From a virus (Duplodnaviria; Caudoviricetes): DNA of 27,180 nucleotides. The stretch covers positions 1-27,180 of the IMG/VR virus record IMGVR_UViG_3300044805_000052, one strand, 5' to 3'. The first letter of the stretch is position 1. The number at the start of each line of letters is the position of its first letter. Below the pieces are notes generated by a model. That model was not told the DNA's origin, did not search any database, and worked only from the letters and a program-made list of their open reading frames with translations. This document shows, piece by piece, positions 1 through 6,524 of the stretch. Made by a program: the position numbers and the translations under genes.

Positions 1-2
1 TC

Positions 3-161
3 CCCTGCGGCACGCCCGTAAGTGTCAGCCACCAAGGGCGCCAGCTCACCGTGCGCATCACCGACCGCTGCGACTGCAACAGCATCGACCTAAGCGCCGG
101 CGCCGCACACCGCCTAGGCGTACCGCTAGACGGCATCGCCACCGTACGCATCAGCTATTAG
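3..161 (+). CDS. RlpA-like double-psi beta-barrel protein (lytic transglycosylase-like), 3' part only
   Basis: Hand translation from 3: PCGTPVSVSHQGRQLTVRITDRCDCNSIDLSAGAAHRLGVPLDGIATVRISY*. It fits the RlpA/DPBB pattern (P-x-GT-x-V, VRI-x-DR, IDLS-xx-AA-xx-LG). The start lies outside the window. Confidence 0.75.
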   Translation, partial: PCGTPVSVSHQGRQLTVRITDRCDCNSIDLSAGAAHRLGVPLDGIATVRISY

Positions 162-163
162 CC

Positions 164-349
164 ATGACTAACACCCGAGCCGTCTTCTTTCAAAAAGGCG
201 ATGAGCGCATCGTCATCTGGACAAATCACACACGCTGGACCGTCACCGATATGGTTGCTGGCGGCACAAAGCGATACACCAAACAATTAGCCACGGCATT
301 GGCAGCATCACTAATGGCTGAAGGCTACGAGGCAACCGTCCATGACTGA
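164..349 (+). CDS. hypothetical protein (61 aa)
   Basis: ATG 2 nt after the previous stop; the 3' end overlaps the next gene start. Confidence 0.7.
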   Translation: MTNTRAVFFQKGDERIVIWTNHTRWTVTDMVAGGTKRYTKQLATALAASLMAEGYEATVHD

Positions 350-677
350 CCCCATCACCCCACCGCCTGAGCTAGTACAGCAATGGGAAGAGCAGTTCCT
401 GGAAAGGCCAACCATTAACGGTTGTTTTATCCAGTCGTACATCGCTACCAAGGCGGCTCAATGGGGTGCCGACCAGGAGCTGGATGCGTGTATTGCATGG
501 CTGGTTCGCAACTACAACTATCCAGAAGCTGGCAACCCCCTCCGCGCTGCCCGCCGCCCCAAGCCACCGAGCTTGAAGGAGGAGGCACTTAAAGCCCTGG
601 AACGGATGCAAGACCAGTACCCGCACCTGGGAAACACTAAGACCATCCGCCGCGCCCTGGAGGCCCTCGATGACTAA
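342..677 (+). CDS. small modular phage protein, family A copy 1 (PITPPPELVQQW / AAQWGADQEL / RRPKPPSLKE)
   Basis: Coupled ORF; paralogous to 1199..1576. Confidence 0.85.
   Translation: MTDPITPPPELVQQWEEQFLERPTINGCFIQSYIATKAAQWGADQELDACIAWLVRNYNYPEAGNPLRAARRPKPPSLKEEALKALERMQDQYPHLGNTKTIRRALEALDD
459..484 (+). repeat. 26-bp exact direct repeat, second copy 1346..1371
   Basis: CAATGGGGTGCCGACCAGGAGCTGGA in both family A genes. Confidence 0.95.
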
Positions 678-706
678 GCAACACCGCGCCATGCCTGAGC
701 TGTGGG
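670..706 (+). repeat. 37-bp direct repeat (35/37 identical), second copy 1569..1605
   Basis: ATGACTAAGCAACACCGCGCCAyGCCTGAGCwGTGGG at both A-to-B gene junctions. Confidence 0.95.
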
Positions 707-996
707 CCGCCGCTGAAAAGTGGGGGGCTAACACTTTGGACATGGCGAACTGCCTCCTTGAACTCCGCGCCCGCATCGAGGCGTTGGAGGCTGCGCAGCA
801 GAAGGTCCGCTCTGCCCCTGAATCGCCATTGGTGGAGCGCGTCGCTGATGCCATCGCAGCACAAGCCACCTCTGCCGGCATCGTCAACGACCGCCCAGCC
901 GGCGCCGCGATCCTTGAGGTGGCGGCGTGGCTGCGTGAACAGGGCACCCCTGCAAGTGGCTGGGCCATGCGCCTTGAGCAGGAGGCAGGGCGATGA
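670..996 (+). CDS. small modular phage protein, family B copy 1 (MTKQHRA / CLLELRARIEALEAA)
   Basis: GGAGG RBS upstream, overlaps the previous stop; N-terminus paralogous to 1569..2144. Confidence 0.85.
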   Translation: MTKQHRAMPELWAAAEKWGANTLDMANCLLELRARIEALEAAQQKVRSAPESPLVERVADAIAAQATSAGIVNDRPAGAAILEVAAWLREQGTPASGWAMRLEQEAGR

Positions 997-1199
997 CACG
1001 CATCATCAACGGCGAGCGTCGTTATGGCGTTTGGGGTGGTTGCCCTAAAGGGAACCCTGAAGACCCTACTCATTGCATTAAAGAAGTTTGGCCATCTGAC
1101 AGTGCGTGGATTCCGTATCAATGCAGCCGCAAGCGCGGCCACGGCCCTGATGGGCTGTACTGCAAGCAGCACGCTAAAAAACACGACATGGAGGATTAA
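993..1199 (+). CDS. small Cys/His-rich, putative zinc-binding protein (68 aa)
   Basis: GGAGG plus ATGA overlap; C...QC-x12-CKQH pattern. Confidence 0.75.
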   Translation: MTRIINGERRYGVWGGCPKGNPEDPTHCIKEVWPSDSAWIPYQCSRKRGHGPDGLYCKQHAKKHDMED

Positions 1200-1576
1200 T
1201 GACTGACCAATCTTTCCCGATCACACCACCGACTGAACTGGTGCAACACTGGTTGTGCTCAAGCGACTACCTATGGGGTCCGCTTGAGCAGACGTCCATT
1301 ACCATCACGGCCAACCGGCTCCAGAACATTGCCACCCGCGCCGCCCAATGGGGTGCCGACCAGGAGCTGGAGGCATGCCATTGCGAGGTTAGCTTTTGGG
1401 GAGGCAAAGGTATGGCGGATAGACTTCAGGCCACCCGCCGCCCCACGCCGCCTAGCTTGAAGGAACAACTGTTACAAAAACTTGAGCACATCAGGGACGT
1501 AGCAGACAAGTATCAAGACACTCAAAACGCTATTGATGATCTTCGTGAAACCCTGGAGGACCTGCCAAATGACTAA
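1199..1576 (+). CDS. small modular phage protein, family A copy 2
   Basis: GGAGG plus TAATG overlap; shares four blocks with 342..677. Confidence 0.85.
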   Translation: MTDQSFPITPPTELVQHWLCSSDYLWGPLEQTSITITANRLQNIATRAAQWGADQELEACHCEVSFWGGKGMADRLQATRRPTPPSLKEQLLQKLEHIRDVADKYQDTQNAIDDLRETLEDLPND

Positions 1577-2144
1577 GCAACACCGCGCCACGCCTGAGCA
1601 GTGGGAAACCATTGAGCTGTACGCCGGCATCAGCGCTCTCTACTCCTGCATCATCGAACTCCGCGTTCGCATCGAGGCGCTAGATGCTGCGCATCCTCAC
1701 CAGGACAAGATGGACCGGTTGATTGCTATAGACCGAGACGACCCTAGCAACTCGCCGGTAGCGGCTGACACCTTCCGCGCCCTGTGCTCTGAGCTGGTTG
1801 AACTCAGCGCTCCAACAGATTCCATTTCCCAACTGGCTGAGCGTCTTCAAAAGTTGAATGAGTTGGCTACCCGCGCCCGCATCGCCCTAGCCCATCCCGA
1901 GCCGGTGGTGGTGCCGGTGGCGGTGAGTGATGCGCTAATTAAGGCCGAGTGCGCCCTGTCGGATGTTGCCGAGGGGGAACCGGAATGCGGCTGGGGCGAC
2001 CCAGCGCAATGGGTTGAGCAACGCTGCGCGGAAACCCTGGCGATCATCCGCCCGGTGATGCAGCTGCACAAAATCCGCACATCGGAGTGGCCGCCCCAGC
2101 CGATGCCCACACCCGCCAACAACACTAGGGATGCCAACCGATGA
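1569..2144 (+). CDS. chimeric modular protein: family B N-terminus fused to family C blocks (FRALCSEL / TRARIALAHPEP)
   Basis: Start moved to ATG 1569 (GGAGG upstream, same context as 670); internal DNA repeats shared with 2141..2452. Confidence 0.8.
   Translation: MTKQHRATPEQWETIELYAGISALYSCIIELRVRIEALDAAHPHQDKMDRLIAIDRDDPSNSPVAADTFRALCSELVELSAPTDSISQLAERLQKLNELATRARIALAHPEPVVVPVAVSDALIKAECALSDVAEGEPECGWGDPAQWVEQRCAETLAIIRPVMQLHKIRTSEWPPQPMPTPANNTRDANR
1774..1799 (+). repeat. 26-bp exact direct repeat, second copy 2154..2179
   Basis: TCCGCGCCCTGTGCTCTGAGCTGGTT. Confidence 0.95.
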
Positions 2145-2452
2145 GCACCACCCTCCGCGCCCTGTGCTCTGAGCTGGTTAAGGCCTGGGATGCCACGGCA
2201 GACTTTGACTTCAACGACTTCGGCCATGCAGCCGCTGACATTGTGACCCGCGCCTTCGCCGCCCTAGCCCAGTCCGAGCCGGCTGAGCTGACGGATGAGG
2301 AGATTCTGAGCTTGGCTGACGACTGCGGCTTTGAGGCGCAGGAGATCACAAACTGGGACGGGAAAAGTAGAACTGTTGATCACGGTTGGGAATGCACAGA
2401 CGCGCAGCTCCTGACCTTCGCCCGCGCCGTCGAGCTGGAGGGTTCTAACTAA
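2141..2452 (+). CDS. small modular phage protein, family C (LRALCSEL / LAQSEPAELTDEE / FARAVELEG)
   Basis: ATGA overlap; blocks shared with 1569..2144 and with the end of 2452..2883. Confidence 0.85.
   Translation: MSTTLRALCSELVKAWDATADFDFNDFGHAAADIVTRAFAALAQSEPAELTDEEILSLADDCGFEAQEITNWDGKSRTVDHGWECTDAQLLTFARAVELEGSN
2431..2442 (+). repeat. 12-bp direct repeat containing the RBS, second copy 2865..2876
   Basis: CGAGCTGGAGGG flanking the AT-rich gene; both copies preceded by CCCGCGCC. Confidence 0.85.
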
Positions 2453-2883
2453 TGTCACCTTGTTCATCCTGCATTCATTACCGAGTAGCTGTAGGTACTC
2501 TGCATCCCGTTGAAAGGTGGTGCGCTATTTCAGGAGAATGGCTAAGTGCCAGAGACGTATGGCACAATAACCCTGAAGCACACACCGGAGTTTGGGGAGT
2601 GAAAACAAACAACATCCCTGAGTGCAAGTTCACCATGTCCGCCCGAGAAGTTTGGGAGTACGACGAATGGCACGCTTCAAAAATAACCCTTTACTACAGG
2701 GAGAATCGTGGAGGGTATAAGGGTTTTCATGACGATCCTCGCAATTATTATTGGCTACATGCTCGTTATGAAGAACGAGAAACTGAATTAAACAATTGTA
2801 AAAGATTTTGGCCTGGTAACGATCTTGCACACTTTGTACAACGACAACCCCGCGCCATCGCCGCCGAGCTGGAGGGCCAATGA
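2452..2883 (+). CDS. AT-rich hypothetical protein with CxxCxH motif
   Basis: GGAGG plus TAATG coupling; ends in the array motif RAIAAELEGQ. Confidence 0.8.
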   Translation: MSPCSSCIHYRVAVGTLHPVERWCAISGEWLSARDVWHNNPEAHTGVWGVKTNNIPECKFTMSAREVWEYDEWHASKITLYYRENRGGYKGFHDDPRNYYWLHARYEERETELNNCKRFWPGNDLAHFVQRQPRAIAAELEGQ

Positions 2884-3257
2884 AACCTGCAATAGAGCGC
2901 GGTAAGAAATGTTACAACGCTTGTCTAACTGAAGAGCAAGTGCGCCTTGGCCGCATTTATGTAATGAAAGGCCCGGTTGGCACTTTGCCGCTATGCGCCA
3001 GACGCTGGGGCATTGCTACTCAGACGCTGCGCAATGCGGTGATTTACAAGAACTGGAAGCACATCCCGCCGCCTACACCAGAAGAGATCGAAAACACACC
3101 GCTGCCGCATTGGATTGATTCCATTGGTGCGCCACACCGCTCTCATTGCAGCATGTGCGTTCACTGGGAGCACAACTGCACCATGGGGATACCCGAGGGT
3201 GGCGGTTTTTTCGCTAAATCATGTGCGGCCTATGCCACCGCAAGCCTCGCGAATTAG
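2880..3257 (+). CDS. putative DNA-binding protein (helix-turn-helix plus C-terminal Cys4 cluster)
   Basis: N-terminus (LTEEQV...ARRWGIATQTLRNAV...NWKH) resembles the HTH found C-terminal in phage HNH proteins; C-terminal CSMCVHW..C...C. Confidence 0.65.
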   Translation: MKPAIERGKKCYNACLTEEQVRLGRIYVMKGPVGTLPLCARRWGIATQTLRNAVIYKNWKHIPPPTPEEIENTPLPHWIDSIGAPHRSHCSMCVHWEHNCTMGIPEGGGFFAKSCAAYATASLAN

Positions 3258-3419
3258 CCAGCGGATCTGCGACTTCTGGCTGGCTTCTAGCTCCGCTAAC
3301 AGCAGCGCGTATTCCAGCAAGCCATTCCAATCACCCTTGGCGTGCAATGCTCGTAATGCACTTGCATTGGCTGCGCCATGGAACTGTGCTTCCATTGTAT
3401 GAACTAATGGATTCACCAT
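3219..3419 (-). CDS. hypothetical protein (66 aa from ATG 3419; 71 aa from 3434)
   Basis: Fills the otherwise empty gap 3258-3417; helical protein-like sequence (GDWNGLLEYALLLAELEASQKSQIRWL). Confidence 0.6.
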   Translation of the reverse strand: MVNPLVHTMEAQFHGAANASALRALHAKGDWNGLLEYALLLAELEASQKSQIRWLIREACGGIGRT

Positions 3420-4323
3420 GTCATCATCATTCAACAGCTACCTTAACGAGATTGCGCGTTATCCACTGCTCACGGTGGACCAAGAGATCCAATACGGCAG
3501 ACGTATCGCCAAGATGCGTGAGCTGCAAGAACTGGAGCGCCCGCTGACAAATGCAGAGCAGCGACTAGTGCGTAGCGGTCAACGCGCCCGCGAGCGGTTT
3601 ATGCAATGCAACCTACAGCTAGTGGTGCATGTAGCAAAGAAGTACGAAAACCGCAAACGCAAATCACTTGAAATTATGGATCTCATCCAGGAGGGCAATA
3701 TCGGCTTAGCGCGCGCGGTCGAGCTGTTTGATTCATCACGCGGTTACAAGTTTTCAACCTATGCCTACTGGTGGATAAAACAAGGCATCCAGCGCGCATT
3801 ATCGCAAAATGATGCAATGATCAGATTACCGACTGGCTTGCATGAGCTTTTGGCTAAGGTTGCTCGCACTACATCAGAGCTTAGCCATCGCATCGGTCGC
3901 ACACCAACACTGGCAGAAATAGCAGATCATATTGATGTTGATGTAAATGCAATCCACGATGCACTACGCCGCAGCCATACGGTGTACAGCTTAGATTCAA
4001 TAATGGCAGGCAGCGAAACTTTGACGTTAATTGATATGATTGCTGACCCGCAGTCATTGGTTGATATAGACGAGCTTAGCATTAGCCATCAAGCGCAAGA
4101 GATGCTTGAGTTAATTGATAAGTATTTAGACGACCGCTCAAAGTTTATAGTGCGCAGCCGTAGGCTACAGCAGCCACTTACTTGGGCTGAGATCTCAGCA
4201 AAGGTTGGTGTTGCGCCATCACGGGTGCAGCAACTTGAACGCATGGCGCTGTTTAGATTGAGGATGATGCTCAACAAAGGAAAAGAACTTAATGACACAC
4301 CGCTCGGCAACTACAACCATTGA
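3418..4323 (+). CDS. phage-encoded RpoD/sigma-70 family RNA polymerase sigma factor (group 2-like, no region 1.1)
   Basis: Region 1.2 YLNEIARYPLLT; region 2 NLQLVVHVAKKY and DLIQEGNIGLARAVELFDSSRGYKFSTYAYWWIKQGIQRAL; region 3 IRLP...PTLAEIA; C-terminal region 4 HTH. Confidence 0.95.
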   Translation: MSSSFNSYLNEIARYPLLTVDQEIQYGRRIAKMRELQELERPLTNAEQRLVRSGQRARERFMQCNLQLVVHVAKKYENRKRKSLEIMDLIQEGNIGLARAVELFDSSRGYKFSTYAYWWIKQGIQRALSQNDAMIRLPTGLHELLAKVARTTSELSHRIGRTPTLAEIADHIDVDVNAIHDALRRSHTVYSLDSIMAGSETLTLIDMIADPQSLVDIDELSISHQAQEMLELIDKYLDDRSKFIVRSRRLQQPLTWAEISAKVGVAPSRVQQLERMALFRLRMMLNKGKELNDTPLGNYNH

Positions 4324-4468
4324 ACATATCGGCGGCATATGGCGAGTATGCGCTAATGGGATATGTAAAGAGCACCAGCAAGAATGGCAGGCAAAGGTGT
4401 TTTATCATCAGATGATCAATAATCCCAACGCACACGCGGACGCCCAGCGCGAATGCCAAGATGGATGA
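4292..4468 (+). CDS. small hypothetical protein (58 aa, below the ORF-track cutoff)
   Basis: Hand translation MTHRSATTTIEHIGGIWRVCANGICKEHQQEWQAKVFYHQMINNPNAHADAQRECQDG*; fills the gap between sigma and the endolysin. Confidence 0.55.
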   Translation: MTHRSATTTIEHIGGIWRVCANGICKEHQQEWQAKVFYHQMINNPNAHADAQRECQDG

Positions 4469-5465
4469 AGCCTTTAGTGGCGCCGTAACCTAAAGAGAAA
4501 GGCCACTTAGCATCGCACCAATCTTGCACGGCCTTTACGGGTACTCCGCTGATAAAAAAGTCAATGGCACCGCATCCTGGTTTATAAAGATGCTCGCTAT
4601 TGCTGGCACCACCAACTGCTTGGTTCACATTTTCTGGCCGGTTACCGCTGGTAATAATGATTGGCTTGTTACCGAATTGAGTTCTGGCTTTCTCGATAAA
4701 AACGCACAATTCAGTGCAGATGTCACATTGAGACTGGTTAGCAAAACGCCTGCGCTCTTCATTGACGCAAACCTCACCGTAAGTGATGTGCGGGGTAATA
4801 AGCGTAGTGAACGGCGACGCAGGGGTAAAACGCGGCGCTGATTGCTTGCCAATAAATAGCTCTACTTCAGCAGCTCGACGGCGTGTAAGCCCTAGCAGAG
4901 GTTTGCCGTTAGCTTTATCCCACTTAGGCAGCTCTTGCGGGATTACAACCTGCGCAGACTCGCCTGCATTAAGCCGGCGGCGTAGCGTGGATTCTTCTAC
5001 AGCGCCACCACCTACGTTGTACAGCCAGCTAAGCAATGCTGCTTGCTGGTTGCCGCCATAGTTCTTAGCCGCTGGGATAAGCGTATAAAGCTGCGTCGCA
5101 AAACCCTCTACGCTGTCACGGAGCATAGTGTCAGCAGTGACCTGGCTGATCTTATCGCCTTGTCTGACGGGACGCCCGTCGATTTGGGTATTACCCCAGC
5201 CAATGGTCCACACCCCTGCCGGGCAGGCATATGCGACCAGATGGCACCCTTCAAACTCTTTGATGATGCGCAGCGCTGGCGCTAGATAAATAGGATCTGG
5301 TTGCTTGCCAGCTTGGCTCCATGTCTTAAACCACGGCTGATCCCTATTAAAGAGATCTGGCACTCGCTTTAATAATTCCGCTTCTAATTCAACGACTGCC
5401 GCCATTTGATGCGGTGTGCCTTGGCGGTAATAACGGAACAGATCGCTAGGTTTAATCTGACTCAT
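4416..5465 (-). CDS. endolysin: N-terminal ~55-aa domain + GH24 phage lysozyme + peptidase M15A domain
   Basis: FEGCHLVAYACPAGVWTIGWG and GLTRRRAAE (GH24); ITSGNR...N..VGGASNSEH...AID...FIHLG (M15 Zn peptidase). Confidence 0.92.
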   Translation of the reverse strand: MSQIKPSDLFRYYRQGTPHQMAAVVELEAELLKRVPDLFNRDQPWFKTWSQAGKQPDPIYLAPALRIIKEFEGCHLVAYACPAGVWTIGWGNTQIDGRPVRQGDKISQVTADTMLRDSVEGFATQLYTLIPAAKNYGGNQQAALLSWLYNVGGGAVEESTLRRRLNAGESAQVVIPQELPKWDKANGKPLLGLTRRRAAEVELFIGKQSAPRFTPASPFTTLITPHITYGEVCVNEERRRFANQSQCDICTELCVFIEKARTQFGNKPIIITSGNRPENVNQAVGGASNSEHLYKPGCGAIDFFISGVPVKAVQDWCDAKWPFSLGYGATKGFIHLGIRAGRPRVRWDY

Positions 5466-5743
5466 CGCTTTAAGTTGCGGATTGCAGCCTTAACGGGGTC
5501 GTACAGGCCCAGCACTGCGCCGATCTGGGTAGCGGTAGCGATGCCGCCAATCTTCTCTTCAATTACGTCAGTGACCACCGCCTGCATCTCTAGCGGCTTG
5601 GCGTGATCTACCAACATGGACGGCAGCTCAATGTCGAGCTTGGCGAAGATTGCGGGCAGCTCTTTGCGAAGTGCGCGATCCACCGCGAGCTTGAGCAGGG
5701 TGCGACCTAGCTCTAGTGCGATGGTGCGGAATATCTTGGTCAT
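5462..5743 (-). CDS. hypothetical protein in lysis cassette (93 aa)
   Basis: ATG at 5743 overlaps the upstream TGA (ATGA); its stop overlaps the endolysin start. Confidence 0.75.
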   Translation of the reverse strand: MTKIFRTIALELGRTLLKLAVDRALRKELPAIFAKLDIELPSMLVDHAKPLEMQAVVTDVIEEKIGGIATATQIGAVLGLYDPVKAAIRNLKR

Positions 5744-5946
5744 TGCGGTGACTTGGTGAGGATGCCGCCAATCCAACCAGCGGCTGTGCCTACCGCAGCA
5801 TAGACAGCTGAAGACTGCGGGTCACAGTTGGATGGGGTGCGCACACGGCAAGCCGCAAGGTCGATACCGCCAATGGTGATGCCAGTTGCTAGCAACGCCA
5901 CCAAGCAGCGGATTAGGTAGCTGCGCTCGGTGGGTGTGGTGGTCAT
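5740..5946 (-). CDS. small two-TM membrane protein, holin candidate
   Basis: Two hydrophobic stretches separated by a short loop with two Cys; upstream of the endolysin. Confidence 0.6.
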   Translation of the reverse strand: MTTTPTERSYLIRCLVALLATGITIGGIDLAACRVRTPSNCDPQSSAVYAAVGTAAGWIGGILTKSPQ

Positions 5947-6182
5947 CTGCCTTCAAGCTTGCTAACGCGCTGCTCAACGTTATTGAGACGGGTATAGGTT
6001 TCGCGGCGGTCGTCTTTGATATCGACGTGCATTGCCTCTAGCTGTAAGGCGATGTGCTCTACCGCTGAGGTAAGGCGTATGACAGCATCACGCGCTTCAT
6101 CATTGCGCTTGCCAAACCCCATGGCGCCCATGGCGGCGACGGAGATCGATGCTCCAGCAATCGCAGCAATGACCTCGATCAT
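5943..6182 (-). CDS. membrane-anchored coiled-coil protein (holin or lysis-accessory candidate)
   Basis: Hydrophobic N-terminus, then heptad pattern ending RLNNVEQRVSKLEGR. Confidence 0.7.
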   Translation of the reverse strand: MIEVIAAIAGASISVAAMGAMGFGKRNDEARDAVIRLTSAVEHIALQLEAMHVDIKDDRRETYTRLNNVEQRVSKLEGR

Positions 6183-6191
6183 GGTGCCAGT

Positions 6192-6251
6192 CTACCTACT
6201 TACCTTGGCCGCGCCGTAGTTTACGGTGCCAGCCTTTGCGCGTACTGCCAT
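6192..6251 (-). pseudogene. possible internally deleted remnant of a small basic gene
   Basis: ATG 2 nt after the upstream stop gives MAVRAKAGT...; the -1 frame gives RKLRRGQGK* (stop 6196-6198). Confidence 0.35.
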
Positions 6252-6253
6252 GG

Positions 6254-6457
6254 TTACTCAGCCCAAGCAGCAGTAGCGACGGCAACCACCTTGGGGTCTG
6301 CATTGGTCAGGTCATCGCCAGGCTGGAGCACATGACGGTGATAGGAGGTGGACAGCACTTCGCCATCCTCAAGGACGCGGGTGGCCTGGCGGACCTGAAT
6401 GGCACCAGATTCCAGGACTTCGATCTTGTCGATGACGACTTCTTTGATGAGAGCCAT
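6254..6457 (-). CDS. small protein following tail fibre 2, putative fibre chaperone/assembly protein
   Basis: Position directly after the fibre gene; DKIEV...IQVR...SYHRHVL.PGDD pattern. Confidence 0.75.
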   Translation of the reverse strand: MALIKEVVIDKIEVLESGAIQVRQATRVLEDGEVLSTSYHRHVLQPGDDLTNADPKVVAVATAAWAE

Positions 6458-6524
6458 TTTAGGAACTGCCGACTGGCAAAAACAGGTTTAATGGAAGTAG
6501 TTTTGAGCCGTTGCGGGCTTGAGA

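Noticed and set aside
372-1184. 270-aa - strand ORF and other antisense ORFs over the early array
   Set aside because: Shadow frames of GC-rich coupled + strand genes that have clear RBSs and paralogy.
1533-1568. Longer N-terminus given by the ORF track for 1533..2144
   Set aside because: ATG 1569 has the RBS and matches the paralogous start at 670.
342-2883. Repeats as a CRISPR array, or as a diversity-generating retroelement template/variable pair
   Set aside because: The repeats are of several different kinds, irregularly spaced and in coding frame. Mismatches are not adenine-specific, and no reverse transcriptase or cas gene is in the window.
3115-3547. + strand ORFs 3115..3402 and 3221..3547 as the gap-filling gene
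   Set aside because: They overlap neighbouring genes heavily and look less protein-like than the - strand ORF.
5740-5946. Unimolecular spanin (LAAC lipobox plus C-terminal TM)
   Set aside because: Only about 13 residues lie between the Cys and the TM, too short to span the periplasm, and an Asp precedes the box. A two-TM holin-like protein is more plausible.
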